From Chlamydiales bacterium (GTDB lineage Bacteria; Chlamydiota; Chlamydiia; Chlamydiales; JBDQID01): a DNA stretch of 10,759 nt. Under the pieces are notes generated by a model, which saw nothing but the letters and a program-made list of their open reading frames with translations, was not told where the DNA came from and made no database searches. Positions 1-6,961 of this stretch are shown in pieces; the first letter of the stretch is position 1, and every line of letters begins with the position of its first letter. Location of the stretch: NCBI GenBank assembly GCA_047611865.1, contig JBLFWS010000113.1, positions 1 to 10,759 on the forward strand. The letters run 5' to 3'. Position numbers and translations under genes: made by a program.

Positions 1-253
1 GAAGGAGAATTAATCCCAGCATTAGGAGCATCTGAATCATTTGAGCACCAAAGCTAACTTTGGGAGGAATTTCACTTTCTACGGGAGGACTTTTTAAATA
101 ATTTCCTACATCGGGATAATAGGGGGCTCTTTTGCTTTGCAAAACGGGTGTTTCTTCAGCCAGGTCAGGAGCATCAGCCCATGAGGGAGAAGTTAAAAGA
201 AAAATTAGCAATAAAAGTGATGAGAAAAATGTTCGTATTGTATTTCGTTTCAT
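1..253 (-). CDS. Partial (runs off window) exported/membrane protein, possibly FliO-like
   Basis: Not in the ORF track. ATG at 253-251 reads open to the window edge: MKRNTIRTFFSSLLLLIFLLTSPSWADAPDLAEETPVLQSKRAPYYPDVGNYLKSPPVESEIPPKVSFGAQMIQMLLMLGLILL. Sec signal peptide (S-W-A/D), Pro-rich linker, then the start of a TM helix. The FliO-like label is inferred from architecture only. Confidence 0.7.
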   Translation of the reverse strand, partial: MKRNTIRTFFSSLLLLIFLLTSPSWADAPDLAEETPVLQSKRAPYYPDVGNYLKSPPVESEIPPKVSFGAQMIQMLLMLGLILL

Positions 254-422
254 TTTCTTTTGACGCCTTCTTTTGTAGTAGTTCTTCGTAACTGAACAGT
301 AACGATTTCCTTAATTTTTTGAAAATTATTTTATTAGAACGTGGCAAGAATGCAAGATGCAAGAAAAAAAATCGATTGAAATTGTATATTCTGCCTGTTC
401 TGTAAAGTCCTTTTTGTCTACC

Positions 423-487
423 AGAGCGTGTTTTCAAATTGCGAAATACTCTCAAAAGCAGCGTTTCGCAATTTGAAAACACGACCT
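423..487. mobile_element. Ultra-short palindromic MITE-like element (IS5-family-type ends)
   Basis: Perfect 20-bp inverted repeat CGTGTTTTCAAATTGCGAAA (427-446 / 464-483) with a 17-nt spacer. Its right end matches the right end of the 4609-4758 element at 21/24 positions. Confidence 0.7.
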
Positions 488-535
488 AAGCTTATGGGAA
501 ATTTACCCCAGCCTTAATCTTAGTAGAGCAGTTGT

Positions 536-564
536 TTGAAACTTATCACGTTTTGTAGTAAAAT
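536..564 (+). promoter_or_regulatory. Putative sigma70/sigma66 promoter of the folB operon
   Basis: TTGAAA (536-541), 17-bp spacer, TAAAAT (559-564). AAGGA precedes ATG 604. Confidence 0.55.
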
Positions 565-603
565 ACTCTGTTTTTAAAGCTTTTCCTTAAGGATAAAAGT
601 TCC

Positions 604-972
604 ATGAAAGGTGTAATTAAAATTTTAAACCATAAGATCTCCTGTATTATCGGAGTACTTCCAGAAGAAAAATCCAGGGAGCAGGAGATATTTGTTGATC
701 TTGAACTGATCAGAGATTTCTCCAAGTGCGTAAGAAGCGATGACGTTCAAGATACTATTTGCTATGTCGCAGTTTCCAAGCTATGTACGGAAACAGCTCA
801 AAAGGGAAAATTCGGACTCTTGGAAACCTATTGCCATGTAGTTCTGGAAGAACTTTTTCAAAAATACGATCTTGAGTGGGCTAAAATTACAGTGAAGAAA
901 CCAGACGCTTTGCCCACAGGAGATTACGCTGTAGTGGAACTGGAAAAAAGCCTTGAAAAGGTAGGTCGATAG
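604..972 (+). CDS. folB: Dihydroneopterin aldolase
   Basis: 122 aa with FolB motifs: IIGVLPEEK..EQEIFVDLEL, SDDVQDTICY, FGLLET and ITVKKP. Confidence 0.9.
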   Translation: MKGVIKILNHKISCIIGVLPEEKSREQEIFVDLELIRDFSKCVRSDDVQDTICYVAVSKLCTETAQKGKFGLLETYCHVVLEELFQKYDLEWAKITVKKPDALPTGDYAVVELEKSLEKVGR

Positions 973-973
973 G

Positions 974-1684
974 ATGTGGACTCTTGTTACGGGGGGAGCA
1001 AAAAATCTGGGTTCAAAGATTTGTCTGGCATTGGCAGAAAAAGGATATGATATCGTTATACATTATCATTCCAGCAAATTAGTGGCTGAAACAGTGGCGG
1101 AAAAATGTCGCTCTTTTGGAGTTTCAGCAGAGACTATTCAAGGAGACTTTTCTACCAGAGAATCACTGAAGATTTTTATTGATGCATACATACAGTCTTA
1201 CCATAAAACTTGCGGTCTAGTGAACAACGTAGGCAACTACATCATTAAGTCTGCATTGGAGACAACAGCTGATGAATGGCACGCTCTCTTTCAAACAAAT
1301 CTACATGCTTCCTTTGAATTGACTAAAGCATTAGCTCCTAGTTTGAAAAAGTGTAAGGGGAATGTGATTAATATGGGATGCGTTGGAGTGGACTCCACAA
1401 AAGCCGATACCTACGCAACAGCCTATATGATTACGAAGCAAGGGATGTTGATGCTAACTAAATCATTTGCCCGTGAATTAGCTAAAAGTGGAGTTCGTGT
1501 GAACATGGTTTCTCCAGGACACTTAAATCATTCCGTAGATCTTCCTGAAGACCATGCGGAAATCCCAGTAGGAAGGCCTGCGTCTTCGGTAGACCTTACT
1601 CGTGTAGTGACATTTCTTATGGATGAGAAAAGCTCGTATATTACCGGGCAAAATATTGATGTAGCAGGAGGCTTACGATTATGA
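974..1684 (+). CDS. Short-chain dehydrogenase/reductase, FolM/pteridine reductase-like
   Basis: TGGAKNLG Rossmann motif, IHYHSS, VNNVG, catalytic YMITK (YxxxK), VRVNMVSPG and YITGQNIDVAGG. Starts 1 bp after the folB stop. Confidence 0.85.
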   Translation: MWTLVTGGAKNLGSKICLALAEKGYDIVIHYHSSKLVAETVAEKCRSFGVSAETIQGDFSTRESLKIFIDAYIQSYHKTCGLVNNVGNYIIKSALETTADEWHALFQTNLHASFELTKALAPSLKKCKGNVINMGCVGVDSTKADTYATAYMITKQGMLMLTKSFARELAKSGVRVNMVSPGHLNHSVDLPEDHAEIPVGRPASSVDLTRVVTFLMDEKSSYITGQNIDVAGGLRL

Positions 1685-3168
1685 CAGTTATAGTGAAAAC
1701 ACAAAAGACAGATGAAATTCGCCGTCTGATTAGTTTGGCAATACAAGATGGGCGTAACAGGCAAAGCTCGGAAACGGGATTCGTTCATTTTAATTACAAG
1801 GACAAAGCGGATATCAATGAGCATAGTATCCCCGTATTGGAAAATGTGTTGTTCGCTTTGGCCCTTTTACGTAGTCGGATGTCAGACAATGTGTTGGAGA
1901 GTAAGGAGATTTTGGAAAAAATTCTTTACTTTCAACATATAGGAAGCTCTCCTATGGAAGGGAATTTCCCTTTATACCTCCATGAATTTCCGACTTGTAA
2001 ACATAGGTGGCTGGCTGTTCAACTGATCCCTCCTTTTTTCTGGATCTATAAAGAATTTCGAAATATTTTGGGAAACTCTCTCCGTACCCGTATCGAAGAA
2101 TGCCTTCGTCTTCTCATCTCATATAGCTTGCAAATGCATAAAGAAAATCCTGCTCCATATCATTTTGCAGTAATCTTAGCTGCAGGAACGAGAGCTGTAG
2201 GAGAAACTTTGAATGTACCCAAATGGAGAAATGACGACTCTGTTGAGAAATTGGCAGAGCCAAAGAGCAGAGATTTATGGTTCTCTCCAAGAAAAATGGG
2301 AGAAATTCTTACGGGCTTGCAGATGTGCTATACAGAATTATCAGGAACTCCTTGGGAGACTTTTTTACATCATCTCACCAGCACCTGGGATCCTCAGACT
2401 CAGACATACATAGGACCTCCTGTACAAGAATACTATTGGAAAAGTGGTCTAGAACCCAGCTATTATGACTTCTTTCTCTCCTGTCAAGCAAAGGGAGAAC
2501 TAAAGGAGTATTCCCCAGGGAATATTGTAACTCTCAAAGGGGCCTTAATTCGTTCTTTTAGTGAAGAACTCCCCTCACAGTTGGAAACTCTTAGTATGCA
2601 GGGATCTCTTAATGGTAGAGCGTGGGAGATGACTAAGGAAAAAAACTTTTCATATTCTGTACAGGAGCATGATGGTTTGCCTCAGTCAGATGAGGGTTAT
2701 CATGTTTTTCGTATGGCATGGGGAAGTTCTGCTAAAGTATATAACCTCGTTTGTCCAAAGGGGAACTATAAGATGAGCTTCGAAAAACATGAGAATGGAG
2801 CCGATTTATTTTTTACTCTTCCGGAAGATATTGACCTTAATAACAAAAAACATTGCCGCGAAATTGCTTTTTATTGCGATCTTTGCGAAAACATCAATTT
2901 GAGGGTTAAAGGTAAAGCTGCTACAACCTTCCAATTGAACGAAGATGTTTTGGTGAATAGTGAAAAAGCCCAGCTGACGTTACGTTTTGCTAAAGTAGAG
3001 GGTGATGGTCGTTTTTTTGGACATATAACTAAAGGGGATCGCCCTGCACAGCTTTATCTGAAAAGAGAAAAGTCCCTCTCCGTTTTTGATACGCTTATTT
3101 TACTAAGAACAGTTCATCGTAGTGGGTCCTGTTGTATTAAAGTTGAAATTCGATTTGACGCGAGGTAA
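1681..3168 (+). CDS. Hypothetical protein (495 aa)
   Basis: Long ORF coupled to the SDR gene by an ATGA overlap. Helical-looking N-half and beta-rich C-half. No motif recognised. Confidence 0.8.
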   Translation: MTVIVKTQKTDEIRRLISLAIQDGRNRQSSETGFVHFNYKDKADINEHSIPVLENVLFALALLRSRMSDNVLESKEILEKILYFQHIGSSPMEGNFPLYLHEFPTCKHRWLAVQLIPPFFWIYKEFRNILGNSLRTRIEECLRLLISYSLQMHKENPAPYHFAVILAAGTRAVGETLNVPKWRNDDSVEKLAEPKSRDLWFSPRKMGEILTGLQMCYTELSGTPWETFLHHLTSTWDPQTQTYIGPPVQEYYWKSGLEPSYYDFFLSCQAKGELKEYSPGNIVTLKGALIRSFSEELPSQLETLSMQGSLNGRAWEMTKEKNFSYSVQEHDGLPQSDEGYHVFRMAWGSSAKVYNLVCPKGNYKMSFEKHENGADLFFTLPEDIDLNNKKHCREIAFYCDLCENINLRVKGKAATTFQLNEDVLVNSEKAQLTLRFAKVEGDGRFFGHITKGDRPAQLYLKREKSLSVFDTLILLRTVHRSGSCCIKVEIRFDAR

Positions 3169-3174
3169 TTTGAA

Positions 3175-4602
3175 ATGAATTTTGTTCACCGCCTGCAAAT
3201 TATCTATCACTCTTCTATTGGGAAGTTGTTGCTGGCTTTTTTTGGGGTCATTGTAGTTCTTGTGTTTTTTTATATAGTCTTACGCTTGCGGCAAAAGTCG
3301 GTGGATGCGCTAGCATATCGTTACCAGAGCTATTTCGAGAAGGCTAACAAAAACTTAAGTTCCTTCATTGTAGCAGGAAGGCATAAAGCTGACCTATTCG
3401 GTCGGCAAACTGTACTGAAGAGAGAGGAAGGGGGGGCTTATGAATTGTCCCTGGTAAATTCTCCCGACTTTATTGACGATTCCTCTTGCGAAAGATTCCG
3501 CTCCTATCATCGAGTTATTTATACTTTATCTCTGCCGATCTTTTCTCATTATACTTGGACGTATGATACGGATATGTTGATCACGGTACAAAAAGGTTTC
3601 GTAAAAGATGATGGGCGTTTGCTTACAACTTTGAAAGAGTATTCTCTGGATAAAAAAATAGGTCAGGCTGATGCTGAGTTGATTCTTATGGAGATAGCTC
3701 GTGCTCTTGCTGCATTGCATGAATGTAAAACAGGACATGGACAGAGTTTATATTATGGCTACCTTCTTCCTCGATCGATACATCTGAGTTTTGATTCTAA
3801 TAAAAGAATAGAACGCATTGTTTTGTCTGACCATGGAATTCCTTTTGCTCTTGGAGGGAAAGCTTTTGTAAAATTGATAGATTCTATCTCAAAAGATACA
3901 AAACACGATTTTCTTGAAGAGCTTGTCGTAAAAGATATCCTTCAAGATATCCATATGCTCGCCCCTGAGCAGAGAGACCTGGAAAGATGTCATGAAGTAG
4001 GACCAGCAGCGGACTTCTTTTCTTTTGGCGCACTTGCGGTTTCATTGCTTTCGGAAAAGAAATTTCTTAGCCTTAATGAGATTGATTGGGAAACGGTTCC
4101 ACCAAAATGGGTCCCTTTTCTTAAGGATTGTTTGCAGGATTTAGTTACTGCACGACCTAAGGATTTCATGGAGTTACAGGATAGATTATATGATCCTGAT
4201 ATGGCTTTGACTATTAATGACAATATTGATGGTTGTGAAGAAGAGTTTGAAGAGGATGAGCCTATTTCCTTAGGAAACCTTGCCAAGGTATTACAGGCTT
4301 CAAAAGCCTTCCAACAGCAAGAAGAGGCTGTGGCTATCGATCCGAAGGAGATGTCATTTTTTGATAAAATGCTGTCAGCTGGAAATCTCGCCCTCACAAG
4401 AGGGAAGTGGGCAACGGCTAAAAAGTTTTTGGAAAAGGCATATGAGGTAGACCCCGAACATGCTGAAGTAAATGTGGGTATGGCTATCGTTTTCTATGAG
4501 GGTGGCGAGCTAAAAGAGGCGGAGGGCTACTATCTTACAGCAAGGGATAAAGATTCAATAATCGCTAAAAGATTTCGTGAGCATATCGCTTTTAAAGTGT
4601 AA
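3175..4602 (+). CDS. Membrane-anchored Hanks-type pseudokinase with C-terminal TPR
   Basis: N-terminal TM helix (LLLAFFGVIVVLVFFYIVL). Kinase C-lobe motifs IARALAALHE, YYGYLLPRSI (catalytic-loop position), SDHG, MLAPEQ, ADFFSFG and ARP. TPR-like AKKFLEKAYEVDPEHAEVNVGMAIVFY. Confidence 0.8.
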   Translation: MNFVHRLQIIYHSSIGKLLLAFFGVIVVLVFFYIVLRLRQKSVDALAYRYQSYFEKANKNLSSFIVAGRHKADLFGRQTVLKREEGGAYELSLVNSPDFIDDSSCERFRSYHRVIYTLSLPIFSHYTWTYDTDMLITVQKGFVKDDGRLLTTLKEYSLDKKIGQADAELILMEIARALAALHECKTGHGQSLYYGYLLPRSIHLSFDSNKRIERIVLSDHGIPFALGGKAFVKLIDSISKDTKHDFLEELVVKDILQDIHMLAPEQRDLERCHEVGPAADFFSFGALAVSLLSEKKFLSLNEIDWETVPPKWVPFLKDCLQDLVTARPKDFMELQDRLYDPDMALTINDNIDGCEEEFEEDEPISLGNLAKVLQASKAFQQQEEAVAIDPKEMSFFDKMLSAGNLALTRGKWATAKKFLEKAYEVDPEHAEVNVGMAIVFYEGGELKEAEGYYLTARDKDSIIAKRFREHIAFKV

Positions 4603-4608
4603 GAGGGT

Positions 4609-4758
4609 CTAGGTTGTGTATTAAAATTAGGGAATGTCTGATTAGATACTCGATCTAAGCCGTTAATGGTGCGCACTCACTTCGTTCCTCATGAAGGCTT
4701 CGCCAATGCCACAAAAGATAAAAAAAACGGCCATTCGTAATTTTAATACACGACCTAG
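4609..4758. mobile_element. ~150-bp MITE with IS5-family-type terminal inverted repeats bounded by CTAG
   Basis: Left end CTAGGTTGTGTATTAAAATTA versus reverse complement of right end CTAGGTCGTGTATTAAAATTA (20/21). CTAG at 4609-4612 and 4755-4758. No coding capacity. Confidence 0.75.
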
Positions 4759-4779
4759 TCCATAAGGCAGCAAAAAATA

Positions 4780-4868
4780 AATGAACCACAGAGAACAAAT
4801 GAGTAAAGAGAGAGGGAAGTGCTTAGTGAAAAAGTGCACGTTCTTTCGGTGCTCTCTGTGGTTTCATT
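4780..4868. repeat. ACCACAGAG...CTCTGTGGT hairpin repeat, copy 1
   Basis: AACCACAGAGA (from 4784) pairs with TCTCTGTGGTT (to 4863). Same family as the copies at 5763 and 5936. Confidence 0.7.
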
Positions 4869-4876
4869 GAGAACTC

Positions 4877-5722
4877 ATGAAAAAATATATTAGTTCACTA
4901 CTTATTCTCCTACTTATTTTTCTTTCTTCTTGTACGACTAAAGAGTACAGACAGCGTTATGTTCACCTGAATGAACCTTTTGTTGAAGATCATTTTGTGA
5001 AAGAAGGGGATTATTTCCTGGTTTTTCTTGTTGACGCTCGACATCTTGATTACAGCGACTCAAAGCAACTTGTTAAGAGCTTGGCAAAGAACCCTGTTTC
5101 GAGAAGAAAGGGGCTCGATGTTGGTCATGCCTGGGTTTTCCTTCAAGGTAAGAAAGACGGGAAAAATTATTTTGTGGAGGGTGGGCATAGTGGCGAATGG
5201 GGTGTCATCCAACCGAAGTATTTTCAAGGGGTTATGAATTATATCGATTATGGTTATGCCAATCCGAGTGTAGAGCAAAAGAAGCGCCCACGAGTAGAGG
5301 AAAACCCCATAAAATATCTATGGGCGAGTTTATATGATGGAGAGTTTCAGCAAGGATCAGGGGGGCATAAGCCCACTTTTGCTGCGAGAATAGAGCTTGA
5401 CGAACAGCAGTTTCATTTGATTGAGTATTTCATGCTTTCTTCTCAATACAATTACAGAGACTACTCAATGACAAGAAATCAATGCTCTTCCTTTCTTGCG
5501 CAAATAGCGACTCTTGTGGACTTGGATTTGGAAGAGGAAGTCACTGTAGATATTGTCCCGGTGATGACGTTTGGGGGGAGAGTCTTACCCTTGTGGAAGG
5601 ATCCAGCCTATTCGAAGATTACCTTTTCAAGTCCAGATATCATAGAAAGAAGTTTGATGAGAGCTGTCAGAGAGGGGAGAGCAAAATATGCTCTGCCCTG
5701 GTACAAAGAGTCCGTACTCTAA
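4877..5722 (+). CDS. Lipoprotein, putative permuted papain-like (His...Cys) hydrolase
   Basis: Signal peptide II with lipobox LSSC (Cys19). GHAW motif followed by YRDYSMTRNQCSSF. Confidence 0.75.
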   Translation: MKKYISSLLILLLIFLSSCTTKEYRQRYVHLNEPFVEDHFVKEGDYFLVFLVDARHLDYSDSKQLVKSLAKNPVSRRKGLDVGHAWVFLQGKKDGKNYFVEGGHSGEWGVIQPKYFQGVMNYIDYGYANPSVEQKKRPRVEENPIKYLWASLYDGEFQQGSGGHKPTFAARIELDEQQFHLIEYFMLSSQYNYRDYSMTRNQCSSFLAQIATLVDLDLEEEVTVDIVPVMTFGGRVLPLWKDPAYSKITFSSPDIIERSLMRAVREGRAKYALPWYKESVL

Positions 5723-5762
5723 GCAGCGTCGTTGCATAACTTAATACGTTTACAATTATTTA

Positions 5763-5887
5763 TTTAACCACAGAGAGCACCGAGAACACAGAGAGATAGA
5801 AAAATGCATAAAGTCCCTCAGAATATACTCTCAACTGATCTGTGATTTTTTTATTTTCTCTGTGCCCTCTGTGATCTCTGTGGTAAA
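5763..5887. repeat. CACAGAG-periodic hairpin repeat, copy 2
   Basis: Left arm AAC-CACAGAGAG-CACCGAGAA-CACAGAGAG. Right arm CTCTGTGCC-CTCTGTGAT-CTCTGTGGTAAA. 9-nt period. Confidence 0.8.
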
Positions 5888-5935
5888 TTTTTAATCATAA
5901 GCCTCTTGTAGACGCATGTTTTATGCAACAACGCC

Positions 5936-6084
5936 CGGAGGCACTGAGATCACAGAGAAAGTGTGAGATGCCTGAGGAGGGGGGGGGATGCGATCAGGCG
6001 TTTTAAGCCATTAATTGAGAAAATAGTAGCTTAGTTTCTTCTTGTCTCATCCCTCCTCTGAGTTCTCAGTGGCTCGATGGTGAA
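5936..6084. repeat. CACAGAG-periodic hairpin repeat, copy 3 (left arm truncated)
   Basis: CGGAGG-CACTGAGAT-CACAGAGAA starts exactly after the MITE inner end at 5935. Right arm CTCTGAGTTCTCAGTGGCTCGATGGTGAA (6056-6084). Confidence 0.7.
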
Positions 6085-6100
6085 TTGCAACAAGACCACT

Positions 6101-6877
6101 CTAAACTCTAGATTCCTGGCGACTTCTCCAGCTTGCAATACCCTTTTCGATAATATCTTTGAACTCCAGGCTGAACTGCTGTGACATCTTAATGCTGATT
6201 CTTTGGATCGCGGAATAGGCGTTAAGAACACGGGCTTTTCTATTTGTGTCCAGAGATTCAATTTCCCTAGTGTCGTAGCTTAGCAGAGAAGATTTTAAGG
6301 TATCGATATCTTTGCCTGAAAGTTTCTCCAGGAGCTCTCGGGCAACAAACCATTCCTCAAAAAGTTATTTTAATATTTCAGGGAGAAACTCAAACTTATC
6401 ATCACTCCACTCGACTTCGTTGTTAAGAATGATAGAGTCCACTCCTATTGAGGCCTTAAGTTGAGATAAGATGGCAAGAGCGGGAAGGACGAAAAAGACC
6501 TTGCAGTCATGGGAGGAAAGGGATTCTAAAAAAGATTCTCTTTGAGTTTCGGGTAAGACAGCTAGAGTTTTGGCCAGGCACCTTGACATGGTCTTTTGCT
6601 GAGAGAGTTTATATTCTTTTACGAGGTGACTTTTTTCAGCATTACGGAATGCAATAGCATAATCCATAAGCTGCTCAGATATGGGAGATAAGCGGACTTG
6701 TGATTGAGCTTGAGAGAGTTGGATGGCCGGAGAGCTAAAGGAGCGTCGGAGTTCTCCAGTGTTTTTCAGGAAAACAAGACTCACTTTTTGACTAAGGTTA
6801 GAATTTATCACGTGCTCCAGATAAGCAGATGTCGTCAGATGAAAAGATCTATCGGGAAAAAAATCTGGAACGTACAT
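6101..6877 (-). pseudogene. Hypothetical ~258-aa protein interrupted by a single in-frame TAA
   Basis: The 170-aa ORF 6877-6365 continues in the same frame past TAA (6367-6365) for 87 codons (LFEEWFVARELLEKLSGKDIDTLKSSLLSYDTREIESLDTNRKARVLNAYSAIQRISIKMSQQFSLEFKDIIEKGIASWRSRQESRV) to TAG at 6103-6101. Confidence 0.7.
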
Positions 6878-6961
6878 AGCATTTTCCTATAAGAGCTGAT
6901 TTAAAATACCACAAGTAATTGGAATATAATAACAAAGGATTGATGTTAAGATCAGGGAGCA

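Larger units (their letters stand above)
5725..6097. mobile_element. Composite IS903-group-like MITE with 9-bp target-site duplication
   Basis: Left end AGCGTCGTTGCATAA (5725). Inner right end TTATGCAACAACGCC (to 5935). Outer right end TGCAACAAGACC (6086-6097). Flanked by ACTCTAAGC (5716-5724) and ACTCTAAAC (6098-6106), 8/9 identical. Confidence 0.8.

Noticed and set aside
174..482. 102-aa minus-strand ORF
   Set aside because: Starts inside the palindromic MITE, has low-complexity composition, and overlaps the better signal-peptide ORF starting at 253 in another frame.
5725..5935. Inner TIR pair as a stand-alone insertion at this site
   Set aside because: Its flanks (ACTCTAAGC vs CGGAGGCAC) show no duplication. 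The TSD matches only beyond the outer end at 6097.
5979..5987. G9 homopolymer as a phase-variation tract
   Set aside because: Lies in the loop of a non-coding hairpin between convergent genes, not in a CDS or promoter.
6031..6261. 76-aa minus-strand ORF
   Set aside because: Out of frame with the 6877-6101 gene and runs into MITE/hairpin sequence.
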